Both the position numbers and the translations under genes were made by a program. From NCBI RefSeq assembly GCF_001194135.2, contig NC_068992.1, positions 3,065,416-3,129,415 on the forward strand: a stretch of DNA of 64,000 nt, given 5' to 3'. Source of the stretch: Octopus bimaculoides. Lineage: Eukaryota. The notes under the pieces were generated by a model. That model was not told the DNA's origin. It ran no database searches and saw only the letters and a list, made by a program, of their open reading frames with translations. Within the stretch, counting starts at the first letter, position 1. Each line of letters begins with the position of its first letter. Positions 49,590 through 63,099 of the stretch are shown here, one piece after another.

Positions 49590-50111
49590 ACGACTAAGAT
49601 AATAATCAAGGGGGTTAGGGGTGATGTGGTCGCAGAAATTGTCTGACAGCCATGACTGGGCTCTCCTGCTTGTGTGGCAGGGTGCAGAGTCCTGTCGCCA
49701 AACATAGGATCTTCCAACAGCCACCCACTTGACAAAGAGCAGCACAACTGCCTCCGGGCACCTCATGTAGGCCTCCGTGTTGGATCTGAAGCCGTGTCGG
49801 AAGATGAACGGAGGCATAACACCGCCATCACTAGTGATCACTCCAAACACCATGATGTTGACTGGGTGTTTGATTTTTATCACTCTTGGTACATTTCCTC
49901 AGATTGCACTGTCCTCAGATTGACAACCAAACACTCTGAAATGTTCATTTCCAAATTTCTGGCAGAGTGAATTGCATCGTGGTGCTGTTTTTCTCACAGA
50001 CGGTGCGCACCAGACCCTACTATACTGTGCAGTCGACAAAATCAAAACCAAACAATTCGCATACGAGAAATTAAAAATACAAAATGGCGACAATTTACCC
50101 ATCGCACCCTG
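49590..50111 (-). mobile_element. Tc1/mariner (maT/DD37D-like) transposon, multiply deleted
   Basis: CAGGGTGCGATGGG terminus at 50111; MQFTLPEIWK start; KHPVNIMVFGVITSDG..PPFIF..WRQDSAPCH..ITPNPLDYY with the expected WPPNSPD block deleted. Confidence 0.85.
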
Positions 50112-50163
50112 TGTGTGTGTGTGTGTGTGTGTGTGTATACATATAAGTAAATATGCACATGTT

Positions 50164-50201
<38 letters not shown>

Positions 50202-50211
50202 NNNNNNNNNN

Positions 50212-50267
<56 letters not shown>

Positions 50268-50689
50268 TCATATATAATTAAATGAAGCAGCTAGTTGGCA
50301 GAGTTTCACCAAAAAGAAAAACAACAAAGGTCAGAAAATATGATTGAGGGTGTTGGAACACCTACACTGCTAGAAATAAGAACTAAAGGCCTCTATTGTT
50401 GCTGTCAACGCACATATATGGTTATCTCAGTCACCAATTTCCAGCCATCTACTGTCGCATGTGTGTATGCAATTATGTGTTCGTTGACAGCAGCAATAGA
50501 GCTAAGACAAAATGTTGAGCGCCATTTTTCTATAGGAAGAGAGGTTTGGTTAGCTTGCAGCATCAGTTCGCTGGAATGTGCATATGTCTCTGTGTGTTTG
50601 TGTATGTGTGTGTACATAAACCTGTTATTTATATGTGTGTATCAGGTACGTGTGCGCGGGCTTCTGCTGTAAGTGTGTGTATGTGTGTG

Positions 50690-50695
50690 TATATA

Positions 50696-50755
<60 letters not shown>

Positions 50756-50974
50756 TATGCACGCGCACATATGTGTGTGTGCGTATGTTTGTATGCATGT
50801 ATGTATGTACGTATGTATGTATGTGTGTATGCATGTATGGATACTAAGAGGCGACGGTCAGTGTAAAGTTGCCCAAATTTGCTTTTAACACATTCCTGCA
50901 TCATACAGGAGCCGGTTAAAATATTATGCGCTTCTCTCCCCCACCCTCTCTCTCTCACTCCATATATATATATG

Positions 50975-51073
<99 letters not shown>

Positions 51074-51075
51074 TA
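50690..51075. repeat. Compound (TA)n/(TATG)n microsatellite field
   Basis: Direct inspection. Confidence 0.9.
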
Positions 51076-52944
51076 CATTTCTTTTTAACTTATTGGAAAC
51101 CAGGCTTAGCGTTCCGTCGATATTGAAATTCAATTCTTTAACTTGCTGAATATAAACAAAGCATTTAACAAACAATTTACAAGACAGAATTAAACTTTCT
51201 GTTTGACTGCATTCAATTTCTCGATAAAGAAGAACTGAACAAATAACTATTGTGAGGTTCAACATAAAAAAGACACATTTCAATATGTCTAAAACAGAAT
51301 TATTTTATTTTTATTTGATGTACAGCTTTTATAGTTACAGTTTTGGCTTTCTAAGAATTTGAGTCATTAGCAGATAATTAACTTTTATTTATAGACGATA
51401 AAAGCAGGGTTATAGGGAAAACTGTATCTAATTTAGTTTAGTTTGCGAAAGTATTTTATATCTATATTTATAAGTTTGTGGCAAGCAATTTAATTATTGT
51501 GGAAGGTATATTGGAAGCACTCAATACTAAGGCATTATCAATTAGTCTAGAATTCCGAAATAGAAAAGATATATACCTATTGAATTGACAGTTTAAAAGA
51601 AAATTTGAAATGGACGAAAATATCAATAGAATCATAAAAGGAAAACATCTATGTAAACACCATTATCTCTACCAAACACATTGAAATCCATTGTCTGTTG
51701 ATGGAGAGGGTGGGTCGTCTGTTGAAATAACACAAAAAATTTCTAAAAATCTGTAAATAACTATCAAAATATGTCCATTTTTTTCCGATTCAGAATTTTG
51801 ACAAAAATAAGAGAAAGGAATGTGTATGTGTGTAAAAAATTAAGGAAACATAAATGAGTGGAGATTATTATTTGGCAAGAGATGAAGCAAAAGAAATTCT
51901 AAGGCGTTTTAAATGCACCAAATAGTGAAATAGCCAAACAAAATTTGTAAGGAAATCACAACGTTCTTTAAAGAATAATAGATTTAATCTCAATGTCGAT
52001 AAATATGAGAGTAGTGACCAACGGAAGTCATCTAAATCCCGATATCTAATTTCTAGAGGTAAACGATAAGCTTAAAGGTTCAGAAATTCAGTTCTTCGAA
52101 AATATAAACGACATAAATAATGCTCTGATTCCCAAAGGTTTTATAAAATATCATTATAATTTCACTAAAACAAATCCATGGTTCTACTGTATTCTAAAAA
52201 GCTACTATTGGAGGCAATGTGTTGTTACACAAACTTATACAAGATAACACAACTAAACCTTGTAGAAGGATTATCAAATCCAGTTACTCAATTTCAGAAA
52301 TGAATGCTCCACCAGTGATGACCTGGGGTTAAACAGCTAGCATTTAACTGTCCGATAGAGAGGGTTAAAATGTCTAGAATACAATATGGTGGTTACTAAC
52401 CTCTCTCTAACCAGTAGGTTAGTACCGTGTTTCATTCGAGTAACTGTCACGTTTACCTAAATACGAGGAACGTGGTGAACTCAACTAAAGAAATGTTATT
52501 TAGAGTTCAGTGTGTTAACCGCCCCCAGTCATTATACGGCAACTTTGTCTAATGAATAAATAAATAAATAAATAAATAAATAAATGAAACAAGGGTTAAG
52601 TGCTTTAGGAGATTTCGATTGACATTTCAAATGTGATTTGGAAATATATGATAAATGTAACAGAAATGAAAAAAATTTAATTAATAGTTTGAAGGTGAAT
52701 GGGTGCAAACTTTGTGAGGCTACCAAGTGCAAAGGAATGAATCGTGGAACATTCGAAGCTTGTATCATTCCTTCGTTTAACTTAATCATTACTATTCCCA
52801 CTCCTACATTCTCTTGCTATCAGTTTACTGAGATACTGCATTAGTGTTTTCATTGTTTTATTCCTTTTTTTTTTTTTTTGCAGATTACTTTATAGCACAG
52901 CAGTTGATTTCATATCAATTTTACCCCTGAGATTAGATCAGACA

Positions 52945-53940
52945 CATATCAGACACTGCATGTTGCGCGAATACAAAAGGTGCTCTTCTTCAATAGAAGC
53001 GACAAGAAAAATTCGTTCTGTCTATAGAAATGAAGCTTTAAATGTCCGAACATGTAAACAGTGGTCTGGACAGTTTTGTTCGGAAAGGTTTTCTTGCAGA
53101 CTCCTCTCGATCAGTATAACCGGGCTCTGTAAATATTAAGCTTTTGAAAGTCGTATTTGAGGAAAATCTATGGCAAATTGCATGAGAGTTAACAAAATAG
53201 TTCGATTCAAGTCACACTACGGTCATAAAACATCCTCATGCGCTAGGAAACATGTCCCAATTTGGTCAATGTGTTCCTCATCATATAACTGCTTTTCAGT
53301 TTAATCTATTAGTTGTCCTTTATTTGTAATCGAAGAGGAGACTTGCTACCAGACCCATCATGTGAAGAACTATTACAAGTAACGACAAGTAGGTTCTCTA
53401 GATTGAAATCCAACGAAAACGATAATGGCAAACATCCAATGAAAAGGGAAAATCCATCCCTAAACCAGTACTACGACGGAAAATGTTATGCTCTCTGTTT
53501 GTGGGGTAGGAAAGGTGTCGCCTATCATGAAGTGTTAAACCAAAGCGAAACAGTTAATGCGGAGAAGTATTGTCGCCAATCGGAAGCATTGCACAAAAAA
53601 ATTGCAGAAAAGTATCCAGTTTGTCGTAAAAGATGTTGCTCTTACACAATAATGTAAGACTATATATTGCCCAGGTCACCCAGAAAAAGATTATGGCTCT
53701 ACATATCAAAGTTTTGCCTCATTCTCCTTACGTTTTGGGGGTCTTGATCCACTTGACTATCGTCTTTTCAGATCATTACAACGTTATTTAGAAGGTAAAC
53801 AATTTATTAATTATGAATGGCTTTAAAATTAGGTATTTCTCTGCCTCGAAACTTGAATAATTTTGCGCCTGAGGGGTCAGCAATTTCCCAGTGAGATGGG
53901 ATTATGTTATAGTGAGAGGAAATAATATCTCGATTAAATT
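52945..53940 (+). mobile_element. Mariner (DD34D-type) transposase pseudogene, near full length
   Basis: HIRHCMLREY..EATRKI..VY..AL.VRTC..W (HTH), GQCVPHH (WVPH-like), LCLWGRKGVAYHEVL..ETVNAEKYCRQ, LHNNVR, VLPHSPY, DYRLFRSLQ; stops and frameshifts throughout. Confidence 0.85.
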
Positions 53941-54512
53941 TATCAATTATGACTAAAGAAGCATTGTTTCTTTCCAGTTTTGAAATGCGACTGAAGTTTC
54001 TATCCAACCTAATAAATACATTCTTCGCAAAGACATAAAATGTAGCAAACATTACCTTACCAGCAGTTCTGAGCCCAAATAATATCACTAAGTTGGGGAA
54101 GATGAAAGATAATCCTTTCAGATTCTTCATCCTTGACTCTGCACAAATATAAAATTTATAGCACAAGACATTAACGCACAACTGCTAAAACATTTCTAAA
54201 TTCTTTCTCATTACCATTTATATTCAGAGTACATTGACGTTTAAATTTATGACCTCATTGTCACGTGCTGTACATCTTGTTTCCGTACCTATAGCATCTT
54301 ACTATTCATAGATATAACATTTACTATTCAGTAACAATTACTATTCATAGATATATCAGTTGCTCTATTAAGATTTTTTTTTTCTCAAATAAAAAGTCGA
54401 TAAAACATATAAGCTCGTGTACGTGGATACATGCCGTGTTTTGTGAGAAAACATCAACTTGTCGGACCTCAGTAAATCAATAAATTATAGAAGGATTGCG
54501 AGTATCGCATCA

Positions 54513-54580
54513 ACTCAAGTGAGTGATTCACTCAAGTGAGTGATTCACTCAAGTGAGTGATTCACTCAAGTGAGTGATTC
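54513..54580 (+). repeat. 17-bp perfect tandem repeat (ACTCAAGTGAGTGATTC) x4
   Basis: Four identical units with no spacers. Confidence 0.95.
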
Positions 54581-57500
54581 ATGATAGAGAACATCTCAGA
54601 GAATGAATTCTTCATTACAGTTGTTATATCAACTGGAAGGAAAATACGCGTATACCATGAAATCGGCTTTACTTATTCCAGTAAATTATTTGTAACTGCT
54701 AGTATTTCGCTCTTCCCAAAAGCAACAATTTCTGCTGCTACATTGGCGAGCGTTTCCAACAGAGCCAGACTTTGAATTGACAGTTTAACTCTGGCGACAT
54801 TTTTGATGTTATTGCTAACGTCTTAGCTTCATAAGAGAACAGGCTAAAATATTTCAAACCATTAGTTTATCACTTAAAGTTGTCTCAATGATTATGTTGT
54901 AATCATGGAAGGATTCATTGATAGACGTATGATATTCATCAAATGTTTATCCCACCATTGATTACTGCGTGGTAGATATTAACTGTTTGTAGGAATGGGT
55001 TGTTATTAAAGATAAGTATTGAAGTTAAGGAAGTGCAGAAGCGGTGATGGTTCTATCAATATGCTTGACAACTTATCACCTTTTTCCGATGAAACTGTCA
55101 AAATAATGAAAACTGCTTAATTAACAATAATTATTTTTAGCTGCTGTTCTCAAACACACCAATACATTTCTGAACTAACTATGCCCTGTTTTATACATAT
55201 ATGCGCGCACATACACACACATGCATACACATTCACACACACACACACACGCACACACACACACACACACATACACAGGTTGTAGATAAGCATTCCCAAC
55301 CAGGTGCGCCGGCGCCCTAAGTTTCCGTGAGATTGCTAAGGATTCCGCCAGATATAATAATAAATAAGCTAATGACATACAAAAGGACTTGGAGTCATTT
55401 TAATATTTAGTTTTATAGTTATTTTATTATATCTGCACAAAATATTCCCTAAAGTAGGGAAATCCTAGAATCTATCAATAGTAAGAAGACCCTACTGGAA
55501 AGTGACTTTTAATGTGAAATTGAAGGGAAATCTGGTTTTAAACAAAATGAAATTTTTTCAGCGTTCTTTTTGAAGATACATTTAGCACTGCTAAACTTTT
55601 TTATAATTTGCTTAATCTCATGAAGTATTTAATCCTTCATTTTTATCGTTGCTGTTGTCCCTTAATTAGAAAGCCACTCGAGTAATCATCTACGTATCAA
55701 AAATTTCTTTTGTATAAAAATGAGAGAGTAGGAAAAAAACCGGAAACTTTGACAAGGCGTTAACTATTGCACATCATGAAAGTATATACAAAAAACAACA
55801 CTGAATGAAGCAACAAAAAGTAAATAAATGACGGTGAACACAAAAAGTAAATAAATGAAGGTGAACACGTGTGATGATTTTGCCTAAAATACATTGAAGA
55901 ATGGTCATTTTTTTTAACTATGCATAACATTTTCAGAAACCCTTTAATACTTCGAATTATGTACCAGATCCTCACCTCTTAGCTGTGACTCAAAAACTGT
56001 AAAAGAAGAAAATAAAACCTAAGCCAAAGTAAAGAAAAGCATCCGCATTTCAATCCTTTAGTATAAATAGAAATTCTCATGACGAAAAATGTTAAAAGAA
56101 AAGTAATATGAAATATATTTATTAGCTTTATAAGTATTATAAGTATATTCTTTATTGTTGCCTTAGAAGAAGAGAGGCAACAGGAACTTGAGCGAACTTA
56201 AATTTGTTTATGATATTTCTTTCATAAATGCTATTTCTTTTACACATGTCATCCCCAAGTGGAAAGTTATTACAAGAGAAAATTATTTCTTCGTAATATT
56301 CGATGGGATTAAAAATTGGAGTTTGAAATAAAGGAATAAGAAATAAGACGCATAGAATACAAATTTAATTTTTCTTTACTTATTACGAAGTTTATAAAAT
56401 TTCTAGTGAATGTTAATCACGTAAAGCATTATTTCATTCTTTTTAGAACTCATTAGCATGACATGCCCTGTAATGTGTTAATTAATCTTTTAATGAAGCG
56501 GAAATTTCTTATAGATAGAAATAATAATTACAACCTGGAAGAAATTTAGGGAATTTATATTTTTATTTTCTTCATAGAAAGTTAGTAGTTTAGCAATCGT
56601 GAGACAAAATTCACAAACCGTTTCCGGTGTATTTTGTCGTGTGTAGACACTGATTTCATAATAGCAATCCCTCGTTGCGTATTTCAAAAGACATCTCTAT
56701 ATAAACAGAACACCTTAACGTTCGTCAAACCGTTTAGCTGGATCGTTTAGAATTCCGAGCCAGGGTTTTTCAAACACGTGTTGCCCCATAGTGAACAGTT
56801 ATCACATGGGAAATAAACATTTCCAGTTTAAAATTATTCACTTAAGCTTTTGAAATATATTGGAAGCATAATGGACCAATTGAATTGTTTTCATTCATGA
56901 TTGGTTAGTCGTTAGCCTGGGAAATCATGACTCTTCCTTACCAGGTGAATTCAGTACATGATCCGCTACTTCTGGAGAGTGAGAGAAGGAGAATTAACTC
57001 TCAACTTATTTTTAGAAACATAGCTTTTAAAAGTCTTTCAATATACATAATATATAAATACATACAAAAGACTCACACACACGCACACACAAGCGCGCGC
57101 ACGTGTGGACACAACCACATGAAAGTATTTTAAAAGAACTTCCACATTAAAAAACATGAGACCGAAATTAAAATTTTCTTTGATCTGTCCTCGGGATTGG
57201 ACCAAACCATTTCTCCATTTATGTATATTCAGATTCTACAGCCCTGTTTTCCCATCAATTCTACCTGTGTTTTCTAGTGTGCAGCACCGGTAGTACAGAT
57301 AGATGCCAACAGTTTTCGAGCTCCAGATATCATATCAATTTACTGAATAAATCTTTTCCTTTGTCTCCCGCAATTCTTTGCAACAGAAAACATTGACAGA
57401 TCTTACTAAAATTAGGGGATAATATTTATTGGTAAGATCACTTGGTTCTTCAACCTGAATAGAAAAATTAATATGTTTGCATCTTGTTTCGGCATTAACT

Positions 57501-57715
57501 AACACACTGCTGGACAAGTTCCGGACGCAGACATCCGTAGGAAAGAAATGAAAATTTTTCTGCAATTTTCAATTTCTTACGTATACATAAAGATTATTTG
57601 CCAACATAACATGGCAGTCCTGGTTTAGGACTAATGTTGCTGTAATTTAGCCCCAGGAGACATCGTCTCCAGCTGGCTATACGACACGATTGTGTCCTTA
57701 TATTTTCGAAACAAT

Positions 57716-57762
57716 ATCTGTGTATCGCGATTTCTGAGTTATTTCTCTTCATCAGCACAGAA
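57716..57762 (-). ncRNA. Minimal hammerhead-like motif, left arm
   Basis: TCTGTG-CTGATGA-A-GAG[AAATAA]CTC-A-GAAA-TCGCGA-TA/CACAGA: 6-bp helix I, 3-bp helix II, palindromic helix III ATCGCGAT, AUA triplet. Non-canonical extra A on both sides of helix II. Confidence 0.55.
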
Positions 57763-57785
57763 TAATTGTTCGGCTACAGGCTATT

Positions 57786-57830
57786 TCTGTGCTGATGAAG
57801 AGAAATAACCCAGAAATCGCGATACATAGA
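57786..57830 (+). ncRNA. Minimal hammerhead-like motif, right arm
   Basis: Same motif; CTGATGA 57792-57798, GAAA 57813-57816; helix II carries a mismatch (GAG/CCC) and helix I a G-U pair. Confidence 0.45.
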
Positions 57831-58809
57831 TATTATTCTGAGCTGAGTTGGGGTGCTAGATTCCTTGTTCGAAAATATAAGGTCATAGATATAGCCAGCT
57901 GGGGCTAAATTACAGCAACATTTGTCTTAAACCAGGACTGCCATGTTATGTTGGCAAACAGTCTTTACTACAAAGTACTGTTGCTGAATATCTCCCGTTG
58001 TGAGATTTAAAAATAGTAATTTTCTAAAAAAAATAAATTGTTTAAAATAAATTGATCAAAAAATTTTGCTTAAAATATATTGTTATTAGAAAAAATATAT
58101 TCTTTGCTTTATGACATCTAACTCCATGAAAAAAAGAAAGGAAAAGAAGAGTAAAAGTACATAATAATTGTTTGGAAGAGATTTCTTCGGTGATGAAATT
58201 TATTTGTGGAATTCTCCAAAGATGAAATAGCTGAGAAACATTGTTGTAGAAACTTCTGAAAAACTGCGACCAACCAATTCACACTCGCCTCAACTATGTA
58301 AAGTTACCATATTTTTGATATTATTGTACAAAATTTTTGTAGCATTTAAAAAAAGATATTTTCTTTATCTCAGGAAAGGCTCATAAAATATTATTTTTTC
58401 AAAACACCTTTACTCTTTTCTACAACATTCCAATGCTAAACTGACATGAAAAATCATTTGCACCAATAAACTAAATGTTACGGGTTTCTTTTTTGTTTGT
58501 TTGTTGCAACCGCCATTGAATTTTCTAGTTTTATTTGTGGTGTGAAAGAGAGGACGTGACGGGTTTTGTATTGCTAGACAACTCAACTACTTTAACAGAG
58601 ATCTTTCGGTAGTAATACAATATTAATAACAATAACAACAGCTCAAGGGGCTTCCATACACCATATTTGAAGATCCTCTAACCATTTTATTTAACATTAT
58701 GCTTAAATATCACAAGACAAACGTGAGACTGTGTTTAAACAATTTACTAAACATTGTATTAAAACCATTATGCAAATTGGCTCCTAGCTTCACCATCTTC
58801 ACTACATAC

Positions 58810-58940
58810 ATCTAGAGCAACATTTTTAGGGGCCCTTAAAATACTTTTGTAGATCCCCAATTTACTATTTTGTTATGCTGACTCTCAAATATCTTATATA
58901 GAACCTCAAGAGTCATATGGACTCTGGTTGAGTACCACTG
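58810..58940. mobile_element. Possible hAT-type MITE remnant
   Basis: GGTTGAGTACCACTG (58926-58940) is the reverse complement of a CAGTGGTTCTCAACC-like TIR; left TIR not recognisable. Confidence 0.35.
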
Positions 58941-61900
58941 TTTTAGATAGTCTTGTCCAAAAGGAACTTTGAACAATTGTACCCGTCAATTTTGTGGACA
59001 GAGACATTAGCTTCCCAACATTCAATATTTTCTTCAAACTGCGGAGCAAATTTTACTGTGAATCCTGCCATGTCTTGTTCTGAGAAGATTAAAAACTTGT
59101 CTTTGCAACAGGGTGGGACAAGATCGCTTGAATCATTGGTTTCAGTGGCCGACCGCAAATATAGTTCTACGTTGAGATATTGCCAAGTTTATCAATATAT
59201 CCGGATTAACTTTTATTTCTTTTCTAACACTACTTATTGAGGAAGACAAACATTGAGGAAGACAAACATTACACAGTCAGGTTTTAAAACCTTATAAATA
59301 CCAGCTTTTGTGTATATTGTGTAAGAATTCAATTCATGCATAGCGTAAATGAAATTTCTTATCTCGCAATAAATATATCTCCTACGTATAGTTTCTCTAT
59401 TGTCAAGTCTCGTTTTATCATCTATACCTTGATAATCTTTCATTATAAGCCACCAAATTTTATTCGTAGCTGCACAATTTTTAAGATGAATTAAAATAAA
59501 TTCATATCAAATCGATGTCCGTTTATTATGAATCTATATCAGAAATATTCGTCTGACGGGTGAGGCGAGGAAATCAACGTAAAAACAGAAAAGTGAATAT
59601 TTAATTAGGAAATGCTAATGAGTGGATTGACCGAGATTTTATGACCGTTAAGTGGATGCATAAAATAAATTATACGATTTATTAATTAGTTAATTATTAA
59701 ATAACAAACAAGAACTATTATATAAAATTTAATTGTCAGCTACAGCATTTGATATTTTTAAGCAAATAACCAATGGTGTATGAGTTGAATTTGGTAGATA
59801 GAAGCTGTGAAGGAACCAGCCGTGTATACACACGTGTGTGTGTGTGTGTGCGTGGAAAAATGTATGCACAAAGAGACGAATGCAAAAGACAAAACCTACT
59901 AAAGTTTACAGAAGAGGACAGCAATTGGTAAACGTCTGAAGAAGAGAGGTTCCATGTCAATGTTTTGTTCTTTGTCTTCATCTTTCTGTTCCTTTGTTTG
60001 TATTTCTTTTACATCCATGTTTCGTCAACTCGAAAGGCTATCAACATCATCTTCTTAGTTTTTTGTATCATTTTGTGTTTTTTATGTTCATGAGTTATTG
60101 TCTTTTGTTTCCTTCTCTCTTGCGCGTTATTGGCGTTTATGTGTGCATGTGTGTGTGTGTATGTATACTTTTGTGTGTTTATGTACATTTGTCACTCTGT
60201 ACTAGTAACTATGCCTGAGTTTGTGTGTGTTTGTGTTCACTTGTTTATACTTGTAGTGCGTAAAACACGTTGAACAACGATAAACAGTACCAAATAAAAC
60301 AGCGATAAATAAGTTCTAGGTGAACATAAATAAGAGTTGATAAGATCGACAAATCTCCTGATGGTAATGTCCCTGATTGCTTGCAGCCTCACAACTAGGA
60401 CTAATAAAACGATGAAGGCAAAGTGGCGAAGTTCCACAGTATTTCAAGAGAGGAATTAGGGAATCGATTTAAAGTTAAACATGGACTATATCTAAATCGG
60501 TGCGGAAGAAATCTCAACCAAGAATTTCATTTAAAATATGTTGCAACTGCATTTAATGATGCTGATTAGAGAAAGAAAATCATGAAGGCTTCACATTCTC
60601 ATCCTTTCCATTCTGTATATATGGTATTGTTTTTAATCAAAGAATAACAAAGCAGCTTTTTTTTTCAAATAAGACAGTGAAAATTTGCTTTGTATTGTGT
60701 TACCAGGTGGACGATATTGGCACAACTATTAGCAGAACAGTATAACCAGCTGCAAGTTGATATCACAATGTGATGGCGGTCAGAATTATATGAACAATTC
60801 ACAAACGTCTTCTTTGTTGATATTGGTGAGGTCGATTCTTCTTACGAAAAGTCACCGTATCTATTGAAGATGTCTTGCTGATTCGCTTACCAGACTAGAA
60901 ATTGGAATGAAGGCCGATCCAGTGAACATCTGAGGTCCATGAAAACTGAGAACTCTATATTAATTCAAATGAAGACACATCTACACTTCCTTTTCCATAA
61001 TAACCACTAAAACGATGTTACTTTGTTAGCAAATCTTTACATTAGAACTACATTATCCTACTTGAGAAAAACAGCTGAATAGATATTAGTATTGAATAAA
61101 TATTGAATAAGCACGACAAAGGATTTATTTTGACTTCTCTTATAACTATAGAGAAAAATAATACAAGAATCGAAGATGTTCATGACTTCCAAGATTTCAA
61201 CATATCCTAAAGGTATATGTCCTTGTTGAGAGGACTCCATCACTGATCATTACAATTGTGGAAATTGAAACAGATTTATACATTCAGTTCATCTATTCTT
61301 TTGCAATAGAAACTCTCCATTTTATCATTGAACTACCATACATGCACACGATATTTTTTTCATTTAACCTTTCCTCAACTTCTTTAGTTGACTATCTCTT
61401 TGTATATCAAGTAAAAATATTGAAGATTTCCAATATGAAATATGATATCTTATATCAGATTTGGTCTTAAATATTTCTTATTTGTAAAACCGTATGGTAT
61501 TTCATTGTTCGTGACATTATTGGTATCTTTAAACAAATCTTGTATTCAGATACTACGTATAAATATAATCAATTTGTCTCATTCAACTTACCATTTCTTT
61601 GCAGTGAGGCAATAGATATTGGTTCACTTATAACAGAACTATTTCCTTGTCTTTTTTTACACACCTTTATCTATTTTTGTTTTACTATTTTTCGTATCTA
61701 TTGGGATGGTTTGAACTTTCTCTTTTTAGATATTCCAGAAACTGGGAATTCTGTTTCGCTTCATCAGCATAATGTGTAGAAAGTTCTGAAAATTTGTATC
61801 TCATTTTCCATATGGTCTTGCGTGAATATGTTGGTATAAAAACACACATTTAGATAAATATGATTATTTTACATTGTACGCAAACATATGCACTTACACA

Positions 61901-62943
61901 GTTTTAATTCACACTATCGTATGAAAATTTGTACAAATACATGAGTACATAAACACCTAATAGTGTGCGCGTGTGTGTGTGTGTGTGTGNNNNNNNNNNN
62001 NNNNNNNNNNNNNNNNNNNNNNNNNNNNNNNNNNNNNNNNNNNNNNNNNNNNNNNNNNNNNNNNNNNNNNNNNNNNNNNNNNNNNNNNNNNNNNNNNNNN
62101 NNNNNNNNNNNNNNNNNNNNNNNNNNNNNNNNNNNNTCATAGAGCACGCTCAACTGGAAAAAGACCAAGTTTATAAGAATACACCGTTGTCTTTCTATGT
62201 CAGGTACAACATACATACGCACACTATATGAACTCTGTTTCTCCACTCCCTCTTCTCCTTCATTCTGTCCCCTCTCTCCGTATGCCATTCTTTCCCTCCC
62301 TCCCTCTCTCTCTCTCTCTCTCTCTCTGTATATATATATATATATATATATATACTTCCTCTTCCCTACCACGAGACCGGTATCCGGTGAAGGCGTGTTG
62401 TTCTTGTTCGCCCTGCCTTTGACCACACTGGTCTGGGTTCCTGCTACGTCCATTAGGACTTACTCCATTTCCCCTTGCGCAACTCCACTAAGTTTGTTCG
62501 ATAGCTGCAAAGCTCTTTCTGTTGTGTTTATGGTATTTGTATAATCATTATTATTTTTTCTTCTGTTTTATAGAACCGTAAGGCTTCGTACTGGTATAAA
62601 TGCATAAACTCTTCGTCTGTTGTATTTATATAACGTCTTGTTTGTTTCCGTCTCAGTATACATTCGCTAGCTTTTTCCCAGTAGCTTAATAACAGCACTG
62701 GCGCCTCCAAGATTGAGTGGTCTCAATGATAATGGCGCGAAACACTATATGACATTTTGGCTCTTTAACTAACGAAGAAAACTCAACTGCAAATATTCTG
62801 TGTATCGTGTATTTGTCTATACTTTTCGTCCGTTAAATTTTCGTGTAGTTTCCCGTTTGCTCTGCTCTAGTCTATCTTTTCCTCCTTGTGTTTTGTCTGT
62901 TCAATCCTTGATGCATCCGTGTAGTGCAACGCACACCATTTGT

Positions 62944-63099
<156 letters not shown>

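Larger units (their letters stand above)
57588..57967. mobile_element. Fold-back (palindromic) element with two opposed hammerhead-like motifs
   Basis: Arms 57588-57764 and 57782-57967 are reverse complements apart from a 32-nt segment (57835-57866) in the right arm and ~16 nt plus smaller indels in the left; 17-nt central spacer. Confidence 0.9.

Noticed and set aside
54513-54580. CRISPR-like array
   Set aside because: The repeats are contiguous with no unique spacers, there are no cas genes, and the context is eukaryotic.
60237-61779. Hydrophobic short ORFs as a receptor/GPCR gene; CTGATGAAGCGAAA at 61767-61754
   Set aside because: The hydrophobicity follows T-richness with no receptor motifs or continuity, and the ribozyme-like string lacks helix II and a cleavage triplet.
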